The translations under genes were made by a program, and so were the position numbers. 64,000 nucleotides of DNA from IMG/VR virus record IMGVR_UViG_3300025138_000029; one strand, given 5' to 3'. This document shows positions 9,642-18,644 of the stretch, in pieces; position 1 is the first letter of the stretch, and every line of letters starts with the position of its first letter. A model generated the notes under the pieces. That model was given only the letters and a program-made list of their open reading frames with translations, made no database searches and had not been told where the DNA came from. Source of the DNA: an uncultured virus (IMG/VR IMGVR_UViG_3300025138_000029) (taxonomy: Duplodnaviria; Heunggongvirae; Uroviricota; Caudoviricetes).

Positions 9642-10105
9642 TATATTAATGTTTTCATTATATCGTTTATTTGTTTTATCTGTTCAGTAACAGAAGTGTC
9701 ATACTTATTAATTCCCTTCTCATGTTTTTGTTGGGGATTAACAACTATTTCGTCCTTAGTGTGGTATTTAATATATTCATTTTCCATACCACCTTCAGAT
9801 TTGGCTTTCTTACCTATATCTAAGGTGTTTCTCCAATAATCTAAGACATGGTTACACCATGTTTTCATTCTATCACCACCATTTAGTATAAACGGGGCGT
9901 CTTCGGTACTACCATCAAAGGAATCAAACCAATTTTTAATTCTTTTTAATCTTTGGTAATTTAAAACATTACTGTCTCTTAATTCTTTATTTCTATTAAA
10001 CCCCTCGGTATTACTGTCAGCCTTAACAGAATTAAAACACTTAGATAGGTGGTCTACTAGCGAGTCAGGTAATTTTACTTTTCTATCGTATAAATCTTTA
10101 TTCAT
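9641..10105 (-). CDS. Hypothetical protein
   Basis: 154 aa; translationally coupled. Confidence 0.75.
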   Translation of the reverse strand: MNKDLYDRKVKLPDSLVDHLSKCFNSVKADSNTEGFNRNKELRDSNVLNYQRLKRIKNWFDSFDGSTEDAPFILNGGDRMKTWCNHVLDYWRNTLDIGKKAKSEGGMENEYIKYHTKDEIVVNPQQKHEKGINKYDTSVTEQIKQINDIMKTLI

Positions 10106-10850
10106 TTTTTAATAACTTAATTAAATCTACCACAGATAAACCATCCATATCGGCTAATTTTTTTAAAGCTTTAATATTTCTAACTATTATTGGTGAAATA
10201 TCTTTTTGTACTTTTAAATCCATATCTTCAGACTTACTAACTAACATATCGTCAGCCATTTTTAACAACTCTTCCTTACTAAGTATCTTTCCTTTTTCAG
10301 TTAATCTACCCTTCATTACAAAGTTTTTCTTACCTTTAAATTCCGATGAATCATCTAATTTAGAGTCTTTACCCATTTCTTCAGCTCTACCTTTAGCGTC
10401 ATCTTCTTCAAAACCTAACTCATCCATAAAGAAATCTATTGTCTCATCAGCGTCCATAAATTTTGTTTCATCGTATCCGAAGGCGTCTTCCATATCTTCT
10501 TCACTAACTTCTTTTTTTTCAACACTTTCACCATAATAAACTCTATACCCTCTAGTTAATGGGTCTTGAGTAATTCGAGCCATTGCAACTGTCTTATCCA
10601 TAGTAGTATTACCGTCAGCACTAACATTAGGGTCTAAAATAGGTATTTTAGAATTTAACATCGTACCATCATAGTCTATTACTTCATCCATTTCCCCTTC
10701 AGGTTTTTCGCTCTGTATAATGTCTAAAAACTCTTTATGTGTGTTACAAGGCATAAATGTTTTCCTTTTGTGTTTGTGGTATCCCTCACAACCTAATTCT
10801 TTTGCGGCTTTCTCAGCGACCTCCTTTGTTTTATAAAGATATGACTTCAT
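10098..10850 (-). CDS. Hypothetical acidic protein with N-terminal C/H metal-binding module; likely start at 10850
   Basis: AAKELGCEGYHKH...FMPCNTH; ATG at 10850 lies just downstream of a minus-strand TATTTAT. Confidence 0.7.
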   Translation of the reverse strand: MKSYLYKTKEVAEKAAKELGCEGYHKHKRKTFMPCNTHKEFLDIIQSEKPEGEMDEVIDYDGTMLNSKIPILDPNVSADGNTTMDKTVAMARITQDPLTRGYRVYYGESVEKKEVSEEDMEDAFGYDETKFMDADETIDFFMDELGFEEDDAKGRAEEMGKDSKLDDSSEFKGKKNFVMKGRLTEKGKILSKEELLKMADDMLVSKSEDMDLKVQKDISPIIVRNIKALKKLADMDGLSVVDLIKLLKNE

Positions 10851-10865
10851 TGGTTCTTTTTTAAT

Positions 10866-10891
10866 ATAAATACTGCGAACAAAGTATTTAT
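10866..10891. promoter_or_regulatory. Back-to-back TATTTAT motifs (putative divergent late promoters)
   Basis: ATAAATACT-gcgaacaa-AGTATTTAT inverted repeat at the strand switch. Confidence 0.65.
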
Positions 10892-10906
10892 CTATAAAAA
10901 CCATTC

Positions 10907-13000
10907 ATGGCAAGTCAGAATATTAATAATTATAATTTTAATCGATACGATATACGTTTAGACAATAGTAGCTACTTTGACCTAACAATTGCTTCAGATG
11001 AAAGAGATTACGATGAGGAGGTGGTTTTCTCTAAAAAGTTAATCGCTGAAGATGATGGGGATAGGTTGCCTGTCTATATTGATTTATCATCAGATTTATC
11101 AAATCAAAAGATGAGATTACTGTGGAATGTTAATTACAGTGGTAATACTTTGGTATCTGAAAATTATTATAACCCTAAAAATGTTGATTTATTTTGTGAA
11201 TCCGCAACTACCTTATGTGATATAGGTTTAGTTGCAACAGATAATGGGTTATATGATAAAATGACTGGTGAGACAATAACTTTCACAATGGCCATAAATG
11301 ATTTTGAAAAATGGAACCCCCATTATTATGACCGTAGAATGAAATTCCATCCCGTTACTTCTTACGCAGATTGGCCAAATCATAGATTTTCAGGTAATTC
11401 TAAAACAATTTATAATATAGTTTCTAAAAACAATGGAGACTCTATCGGTTATTATAATGAATTATACGGAGGATTCTACCAAGGATTTTATAAGTTATTT
11501 GGGTATGACTATGAAGTATTTCCTGAAAGGGTTAATAAAGGTTGGACTATGGAGACAATCATTAAGCCAAGACAAAGAGAAGAGTTTAAGATACAACCTT
11601 CTGAAGTATATTTAAATGATGTTTATCCTGATAATGCAGGTATGTTTTTTTATTTTGGTACAAGAGCTGAAAATAAATATTACCATCCAGCTTCAGGTAA
11701 GACGGAATCTAAAAGAGGTAATCAAGGTTCGGACGGTTTAGGTTGTTACAGTTATAATTGTGGATTTAATATTGATGCTTCAGGTAAAAGTTCGACTGAA
11801 TGGTCATATAAAAGGGTAACTTCAGGTTTGACTGATTGTATACGAACATGTGCATGTTCCAATACTGGTGTAACAAATTCTAATTGTTTTAATGTATTTC
11901 CGACAACAGGTACTACTGTGAAACACGAGACAGGACCATGTGGTGCGTATGATACCACGGTCGTAAATCCGCCTATTGACCCAGGGGTTGACGCATTATC
12001 TAACGCAATGTCTATTAGATTATCAGGTGACCCTAAAAACCCTAAACTTTGTGTTAAGTATATTAAATTAACAGGAGACTGTGTAACAACAGGTAGTTGT
12101 GGAACCACAGGTTTAACGTATTCTTCAGGTTATTGTATTAATGAAATATGTTCAGTTAGGGGTATATATGATGATTGTGGATATGATTCTTTAGTCTGTT
12201 TAACTGCTAATACTGAGGAAAGATGGGTAATGTTTTCTGCCGTTTTTGAAAGGTATGAATTATTAGAGGATTGTGATTTAATAAATTGGGGTGGATTAGG
12301 TGATATTAGAGAAGTGGTATATCCGTCCGCCATAAATGGGGCGGCCTATAATTTAATAATGCCACCACAAACCCATGAAGGTCAGAAAAAAGAAAAAAAA
12401 GAAAGTATAATAGAATTAAATCGAAAATGGTTAAGAAATAAAGATAGGAGAAAAGGATTATTAAAATTATATGTTAATGGTTACTTATTTATGGTCATTG
12501 AAGATTTTGAAGAGATTATACCTCGTGAATTAAATACTCAAAAAGAAAAACAATTAGGTGTACCATTTAATATTAGTTGGGGTGGAGGAACTCAAGGACT
12601 TAGAGAAAGTCTAATGTTTAGTGCTTGTACTGCAACTGAAGGTCCTTATATACAAGACCCTGAAGATATGCCAAATCAAACCTTATCAGGTACTTCCTTA
12701 TCGGGATTAACAACTGATATTTTAATAGAACCTAATTTTGGAGGAACATTTATGGGTGGAATATCTCAATTTAGAATGTATACCGAACCATTATCGACCC
12801 CTCAAATTCAACATAATTATAGAGAGTCACGAGTAAGATATAATTTATACGATTTTTGGTGTAGTAATTGTTTTGATTGTTTGTTAGGTTGTTACTTTAA
12901 TTTTGATTTAGAAGAGGCCGCCTGTGATTTTGATTTTGTATCTAATGAAATAACTTGTGATTTTGGATTTAATATATCCGATAACAACCCTAATATTTAA
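10907..13000 (+). CDS. Cys-rich putative virion protein, possibly an interrupted LamG/concanavalin-like fold
   Basis: GWTMETIIKP, LKLYVNG, FMGGISQFRMYTEPLS..QIQHNY resemble LamG elements; many [ST]GxT motifs. Confidence 0.55.
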   Translation: MASQNINNYNFNRYDIRLDNSSYFDLTIASDERDYDEEVVFSKKLIAEDDGDRLPVYIDLSSDLSNQKMRLLWNVNYSGNTLVSENYYNPKNVDLFCESATTLCDIGLVATDNGLYDKMTGETITFTMAINDFEKWNPHYYDRRMKFHPVTSYADWPNHRFSGNSKTIYNIVSKNNGDSIGYYNELYGGFYQGFYKLFGYDYEVFPERVNKGWTMETIIKPRQREEFKIQPSEVYLNDVYPDNAGMFFYFGTRAENKYYHPASGKTESKRGNQGSDGLGCYSYNCGFNIDASGKSSTEWSYKRVTSGLTDCIRTCACSNTGVTNSNCFNVFPTTGTTVKHETGPCGAYDTTVVNPPIDPGVDALSNAMSIRLSGDPKNPKLCVKYIKLTGDCVTTGSCGTTGLTYSSGYCINEICSVRGIYDDCGYDSLVCLTANTEERWVMFSAVFERYELLEDCDLINWGGLGDIREVVYPSAINGAAYNLIMPPQTHEGQKKEKKESIIELNRKWLRNKDRRKGLLKLYVNGYLFMVIEDFEEIIPRELNTQKEKQLGVPFNISWGGGTQGLRESLMFSACTATEGPYIQDPEDMPNQTLSGTSLSGLTTDILIEPNFGGTFMGGISQFRMYTEPLSTPQIQHNYRESRVRYNLYDFWCSNCFDCLLGCYFNFDLEEAACDFDFVSNEITCDFGFNISDNNPNI

Positions 13001-13009
13001 TAATTAAAA

Positions 13010-13408
13010 ATGGAGTTTTTTATAAGAAAAAATAGTACATTACCAATAATAAAGGTACAAATTGTAAAAGATGGAAGAGTAGATTTTAGAGAATTTGATA
13101 ATCTAACTAAAGATTCGACTATAACTTTTAGTATGTGGAATGAAGAGACAAATGTTTATTATATTATGAATGAACCAGCATATACTATGGTTAAACCTGA
13201 TAGTGTTGGAACAGAGGAAGTGGAATATTATGTTTACTACCAATTAAGTTCCCATGAGACCAGACATATCGGTGGTTATGTAGGGGAATTTAAAATAAAA
13301 AATAGCCAAGGTGAAATTATATTACCAAGAAGGAAGGAACTTTTTATTAATATAACAGACTCTTTTAGTCGAGGAGACTTATGTTGTAAACCTCAGGGAG
13401 CAAACTAA
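13010..13408 (+). CDS. Putative structural adaptor (BppU N-terminal-like), paralog 1
   Basis: FFIRKNSTLP.I...ITFSM...YYVYY...T...G.Y.GEFKI. Confidence 0.55.
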   Translation: MEFFIRKNSTLPIIKVQIVKDGRVDFREFDNLTKDSTITFSMWNEETNVYYIMNEPAYTMVKPDSVGTEEVEYYVYYQLSSHETRHIGGYVGEFKIKNSQGEIILPRRKELFINITDSFSRGDLCCKPQGAN

Positions 13409-13429
13409 TATATCGTAATATTTATATGT

Positions 13430-13783
13430 ATGGAATTTTTTATAAAACAAAATAGTGAACTACCAATACTTAAAATGCAAGTAGTTAGAGATGGTCGTAC
13501 AGACGCATATAAGATATTTGATGCGGACTTGGATACGGCAACAATGAGGTTCTCAATGAAAAATGAAAAGAACGGTATACCAAAAATTTTAATGGAAAAC
13601 GCATATATAACTGAAAAATCACAACTTAACCCCACTTCGCCCTATGAATATTATATTTACTATAAGTGGAGTAAAAAAGATACTAGCGTTAAAGGAAGAT
13701 TTATTGGTGAGTTTCACATACATAATTCCATGGGTAAATTAATTGCACCAATAAGAGAAAATTTATATATAAACATAATATAA
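13430..13783 (+). CDS. Putative structural adaptor (BppU N-terminal-like), paralog 2
   Basis: FFIKQNSELP.L...MRFSM...YYIYYKW...DT...G.F.GEF. Confidence 0.55.
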   Translation: MEFFIKQNSELPILKMQVVRDGRTDAYKIFDADLDTATMRFSMKNEKNGIPKILMENAYITEKSQLNPTSPYEYYIYYKWSKKDTSVKGRFIGEFHIHNSMGKLIAPIRENLYINII

Positions 13784-13786
13784 GAT

Positions 13787-14239
13787 ATGAATAATAACAT
13801 AAGAAGAAAAAAAAATTTAGTAATAGAAAGATTAAATCGTAGATTGTTAGGTGAGTCTGAAATGGATTGTCCGAAAGCGACTCAAGATTTAGAATTAAAC
13901 ACTAAAAATAGAGACTCCTCTATCAAATCAGGACACATAAAGTATGGACCATTAAATGTGGATGAACCTGGAGATTATTGGAAAGACTTATCCAATCATT
14001 GGGATACCACAGAGGAAGCCGCTAAAAAATCTTTATGCGGTAATTGTGTTGCTTTTGATATATCAGAAAGAATGGATGAATGTATGCCGGGAATTACATC
14101 TGATGATGATGGTAGGTTAGGTTATTGTTGGATGCATAACTTTAAATGTCATTCGGCAAGGACCTGTTATACTTGGGCAAAAGGTGGTCCAATAGATAAG
14201 GACGAAGTTTCTTATGAATGGCAAGAAAGAAATTCATAA
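13787..14239 (+). CDS. Cys-rich hypothetical protein (putative metal-binding)
   Basis: CGNC...EC...GYC...FKC...RTCYTW. Confidence 0.7.
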   Translation: MNNNIRRKKNLVIERLNRRLLGESEMDCPKATQDLELNTKNRDSSIKSGHIKYGPLNVDEPGDYWKDLSNHWDTTEEAAKKSLCGNCVAFDISERMDECMPGITSDDDGRLGYCWMHNFKCHSARTCYTWAKGGPIDKDEVSYEWQERNS

Positions 14240-14243
14240 TAGT

Positions 14244-14272
14244 TTGACAATCTTATAATAGTTACTTATAAT
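14244..14272 (+). promoter_or_regulatory. Perfect sigma70-type promoter upstream of DNA polymerase
   Basis: TTGACA-N17-TATAAT. Confidence 0.8.
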
Positions 14273-14343
14273 TTGTTTAAGTGTTAAAGAGTAATCACGT
14301 CAATACGATGTGAGTAAATGTCTCAAACGTAAAAACAAATTAT

Positions 14344-17175
14344 ATGGTATCACAAGAACAAATTGAGAGCTTCCTCAACGGGGAAGACCCTGAAAAATAT
14401 ATAGTAGCGTTAGAATATGATTACGCCTCAGGAAAAATATTCAAAGTAATTCAACACCCTGTTCAGGGTAAAGTTATAAAATCTGACACATTTATTCCAT
14501 TTGCTTGGGTAGGTAACCTACACGGAGTAAATTTTTATGGTGGCTCTAAAGAGGCTCAAAAACAAGCCATGTCCACTCACGGAATTATTATTGATAAGTT
14601 AGATACTCACAATGATGAAAGATTAAATAATGGGTTAAAATTCTTAGTAAAAACTACAAAATCTTATAGTAATTTAGTTAATTTTTTTAAAGGAGGGGGA
14701 TTAGACCCGTGGGGTAGAGGTAATTCTGATAATATTATGATTTTATCACCAACTGAACAATACCTAATACAAAAAAATAAAAGATTATTTAAAGGTTTTG
14801 ATGAGTACGATGAAGTCCATAGATTTGTTTTTGATATTGAAACTACAGGTCTTTCACCGGAAGAGAGTAGTATATTTCTTATTGGTATGAAAGATAATAA
14901 GGGGTTTGAAAAAGTTATCTCATGTGAAAATGAAGAAGAAGAACGAAAAGTTATTATTGATTTTTTTAACACTATATCATATTTAAAACCTACATTAATA
15001 GGTGGATATAACTCAGCTTTCTTTGATTTTCCATTTATTATTCGTAGAGCCGAAATCTTAGGGTTAGATATAAAAAAAATATCTAAAACCCTTAACCCAA
15101 AACAAAGTTTAAGACAAAAAGAAGGAATGTTAAAATTGGCTAATGAAATGGAGCCATATACTCAAACTATGATGTGGGGGTATAATATTGTTGATATTGC
15201 ACACGCCGTTCGTAGAGCTCAGGCAATAAATTCAGATATTAAAAGTTGGGGTCTTAAATATATAACTCAATTTATTGGCGCGGAAAAAGAAAATCGTGTG
15301 TATGTGGAAGGAGATAAGATTGGTAAAATCTATTTTGATAATAAGGATTATTACTTTAATCCAAAAACGGGTGGTTATAAAGAAGTTGGGACACCAGGAA
15401 CTGAAGATTTGATGGAAAGATTTCCTGGTCATTACGAAAAGGTAAACGGTAATTATATAATTGAACGCTATCTCTATGATGATATATGGGAAACTATGGT
15501 AGTTGATGGTGAATATAATCAAGCAAATTTTTTACTATCTAAATTAGTACCAACGACATATGAAAGGTTATCAACTATGGGTACGGCGACGTTATGGAAA
15601 ATGATTATGGCAGCATGGTCATATAAACATAACTTAGCTATTCCTAAAAGAGGAGAGAAAAGACCATTTACAGGTGGACTATCAAGATTAATGGCGGTCG
15701 GTTACTCTACCGATGTTTTAAAATTAGATTATTCTTCTCTTTATCCGTCTATTCAGTTAGTACATGATGTTTTTCCTAAATGTGATGTTACGGGAGCAAT
15801 GAAAAGTATGTTAAAGTATTTCAGAGATACTCGTATTAACTACAAGAAATTGGCGTCAGATTTATATATAAGTGACCCCGAAAAATCAAAAAAGTATAAT
15901 CGTAAGCAACTACCTATTAAAATATTTATTAATGCCTTTTTTGGTTCCTTATCCGCACCCCATGTATTTCCTTGGGGTGATATGGATATGGGTGAACAAA
16001 TAACTTGTACCGGTAGACAATACCTTAGACAGATGATTATGTGGTTTATGAAAAGAGGTTATAAACCTTTAGTGATGGATACTGATGGTGTCAACTTTTC
16101 GTCTCCTGAAGGTCGTGAAAAACACACATATATTGGTAAGGCCCTTAATGGGTTAGTTATTAAGGATAAAGAATATATTGGTACAGAAGCCGATGTTGCT
16201 GAGTATAATGATATCTTTATGAGAGGTGAAATGGGTCTTGATACTGACGGAGTGTGGCCATCTACTATCAATGTAGCACGTAAAAACTATGCACTTTTAA
16301 CAGACACGGGTAAAGTAAAACTAACTGGTAATAGTATTAAATCTAAAAAATTACCTACATATATTGTTGAGTTTTTAGATAAGGGACTAAGATTATTATT
16401 AGATGGTAAGGGTCACGAATTTTTAGAACATTACTATGACTACACTCAAAAAATATTTGACAGACAAATACCAATTTCTAAAATTGCTAATAAATCTAGA
16501 GTTAAACAAAGTATTGAAGAATATAAAAACCACATAAAAAAAAGAACTAAATCGGGTTCTTTAATGTCAAGACAGGCTCATATGGAATTAGCTATTAGAC
16601 ATAATTTACCTGTTGGACTTGGTGATACTATCTATTATGTAAATAATGGTGAGAGAAAGTCGCATGGGGACGTACAGAAAAAAAATGTGTGGAAAGCTTC
16701 TGCAGTTGAGAAAAGAAAATATAAAGCAGAACATGGGGTGACAATGCCTGCGGATGGTGTAGAAGTGGTTTTAAATTGTTATCATATAAGTGATAAGTAC
16801 ATTAATGATACTCCAGATAAATTAGGTGAATATAATGTACCACGTTATTTAGCCGCGTTTAATAAACGTATTGAACCACTATTAGTTGTGTTTTCTACAG
16901 ATATAAGGGATGAAATTATTGTTGACGACCCATCAGAAAGACCATTTTTCACTAATTCACAAACAAAACTTGTAAGGGGGTTTCCTCGTAGAGATGGGGA
17001 CCAAGATACTTTAGATGAAGTTTTAACTTTATCTGAACCTGAGATTAGATTTTGGAATGATGTTAATATTAATCCTTACTATATGTATTTAGAAGATACT
17101 ATGGGATTAGTTAATGAGGAGTACGTTAAAAAGAATCTTGATATTATGAGTTCTTTAACCCATCAGAAGACATAA
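14344..17175 (+). CDS. polB: Family B DNA polymerase
   Basis: Exo FDIETTG, GYNSAFFD, Y..DD; pol DYSSLYPS, KIFINAFFG, DTDG, RKNYA. Confidence 0.95.
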   Translation: MVSQEQIESFLNGEDPEKYIVALEYDYASGKIFKVIQHPVQGKVIKSDTFIPFAWVGNLHGVNFYGGSKEAQKQAMSTHGIIIDKLDTHNDERLNNGLKFLVKTTKSYSNLVNFFKGGGLDPWGRGNSDNIMILSPTEQYLIQKNKRLFKGFDEYDEVHRFVFDIETTGLSPEESSIFLIGMKDNKGFEKVISCENEEEERKVIIDFFNTISYLKPTLIGGYNSAFFDFPFIIRRAEILGLDIKKISKTLNPKQSLRQKEGMLKLANEMEPYTQTMMWGYNIVDIAHAVRRAQAINSDIKSWGLKYITQFIGAEKENRVYVEGDKIGKIYFDNKDYYFNPKTGGYKEVGTPGTEDLMERFPGHYEKVNGNYIIERYLYDDIWETMVVDGEYNQANFLLSKLVPTTYERLSTMGTATLWKMIMAAWSYKHNLAIPKRGEKRPFTGGLSRLMAVGYSTDVLKLDYSSLYPSIQLVHDVFPKCDVTGAMKSMLKYFRDTRINYKKLASDLYISDPEKSKKYNRKQLPIKIFINAFFGSLSAPHVFPWGDMDMGEQITCTGRQYLRQMIMWFMKRGYKPLVMDTDGVNFSSPEGREKHTYIGKALNGLVIKDKEYIGTEADVAEYNDIFMRGEMGLDTDGVWPSTINVARKNYALLTDTGKVKLTGNSIKSKKLPTYIVEFLDKGLRLLLDGKGHEFLEHYYDYTQKIFDRQIPISKIANKSRVKQSIEEYKNHIKKRTKSGSLMSRQAHMELAIRHNLPVGLGDTIYYVNNGERKSHGDVQKKNVWKASAVEKRKYKAEHGVTMPADGVEVVLNCYHISDKYINDTPDKLGEYNVPRYLAAFNKRIEPLLVVFSTDIRDEIIVDDPSERPFFTNSQTKLVRGFPRRDGDQDTLDEVLTLSEPEIRFWNDVNINPYYMYLEDTMGLVNEEYVKKNLDIMSSLTHQKT

Positions 17176-17488
17176 CATACCAATTATCTACTATAAATCT
17201 TAATTCTACAGAGGCGAATTTATCTAATTGAATTTCTTCGTACTCTTCATCTATAAGTTTATTAGTTTTAATTATGGTATTACCCATAGATTTAATTGTG
17301 AGATGTTCTGTCGTTAATTCGTCTAAAGTAACGGTACAGGTTTCATCACCACCACTATTTTTTACTATAATGACACTCTCACCTTTAGTTTTATAATGTG
17401 TTGAATTTTTAATTAATATAACTTCAGAAATTAACTTTTCTTCTCCGTTTATTAATTTCTTTACGGGGTATGATTTTATTATTCCCAT
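17144..17488 (-). CDS. Hypothetical beta-rich protein
   Basis: 114 aa, starts 2 nt after the neck gene; convergent 32 nt overlap with polB. Confidence 0.7.
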   Translation of the reverse strand: MGIIKSYPVKKLINGEEKLISEVILIKNSTHYKTKGESVIIVKNSGGDETCTVTLDELTTEHLTIKSMGNTIIKTNKLIDEEYEEIQLDKFASVELRFIVDNWYVMSSDGLKNS

Positions 17489-17490
17489 AC

Positions 17491-18603
17491 TTATATGACA
17501 TACATTTGTCGAGGCAACGCTCTATATTGTAATGATTTATTAAGGTTTTCAGCTAAATTCGCTTCTCTTTCCATCATTTTGTCAGGTCTAAGTCTTTCTA
17601 AACGAGCCATTAACTCTTCCATTAGTTTACTTTTCTCATCTTTTGCTTCTGTTAGAAGAGAATCGTAATCCATTGTTATTTCAGAGTCTGGAGTTTTTAA
17701 ATTACCACTAAACTTTCCCCTAACTCTACCTAAAGTTTCTTTAACATAAGAAACAAACCACTTTCTAACCCATGCTTGTGCTGGATTGTTTAATTCGTCC
17801 CATCTCATTTCATCAATCGGTATATCAGAAGGTAATCTTACAATATCAGGATTATTAGCTAAACAGTCTTCTCTATTATCAGTATCGTAATACCAATACC
17901 ATACTTTGTATTCATTATTTTCTATATTACCAAAATCAAATTTACCTCCTGGTACATTAAATAAGTGTAATGCTTTTTTACCTTCAGGAAGTGCGGTAAT
18001 TCTATAGGTTAACTCACCCGCAATTAATCTTCTTTTAATATTAATATCTTGCATCCTTAAAAGAATGTCAAATGCTGGTGTTATCATATAATTACCAGCC
18101 TGTCCCATTTGTGAAAATCCAGCACCTCCTCCGATACCTACACCACCCATACCACCAAATCCACCCATAAATGGGTCAAAAAAGGCCGCATCTAATTCGG
18201 CTCTTGTAAACCATAAGAGTTCATTAATTTCTCTACCCGCAGGTATTTCATATATTTGTTGGTTAGTTTTTAAGGTTACGAAATCTTTTTTTAATACATA
18301 ATCACCTCCGGCCTGTAAACCTACTATTTTTGAATATGAATATGTGTATTGTGTTTCCCAATCTAAAGAACGAGTTGTAAATGCTCTAGTAACAGATTGC
18401 TCATCTAAATTCATACCATATAATGAGGTCCATTGTGATTCAATTAACCAATCGTTTACGTATTGAGCGTAGTCTTGTATTGATAACTCTAATAATGAGT
18501 CCATCATTTCGTCTTCAATTTCAATACTACGTATCGGTGCACCTAATAGGTGTTTTACACGAGTAAATAACTTACTTCTTTGAGGTTCTTTAATTATAGA
18601 CAT
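17491..18603 (-). CDS. Neck/head-tail adaptor protein (T4 gp13-like)
   Basis: LGAPIRSIEIEDE N-terminus and LGRVRGKFSG C-terminal motif; Gly-rich insert. Confidence 0.7.
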   Translation of the reverse strand: MSIIKEPQRSKLFTRVKHLLGAPIRSIEIEDEMMDSLLELSIQDYAQYVNDWLIESQWTSLYGMNLDEQSVTRAFTTRSLDWETQYTYSYSKIVGLQAGGDYVLKKDFVTLKTNQQIYEIPAGREINELLWFTRAELDAAFFDPFMGGFGGMGGVGIGGGAGFSQMGQAGNYMITPAFDILLRMQDINIKRRLIAGELTYRITALPEGKKALHLFNVPGGKFDFGNIENNEYKVWYWYYDTDNREDCLANNPDIVRLPSDIPIDEMRWDELNNPAQAWVRKWFVSYVKETLGRVRGKFSGNLKTPDSEITMDYDSLLTEAKDEKSKLMEELMARLERLRPDKMMEREANLAENLNKSLQYRALPRQMYVI

Positions 18604-18644
18604 ATATACGTTTTCTTAATAAATATTCGGAAAACTATAATTCT

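Noticed and set aside
10851..10904. Upstream starts given in the track for 10098, 2034 and 27837 ORFs
   Set aside because: Extensions overlap promoter motifs or neighbouring genes; ATGs at 10850, 3005 and 27870 fit better
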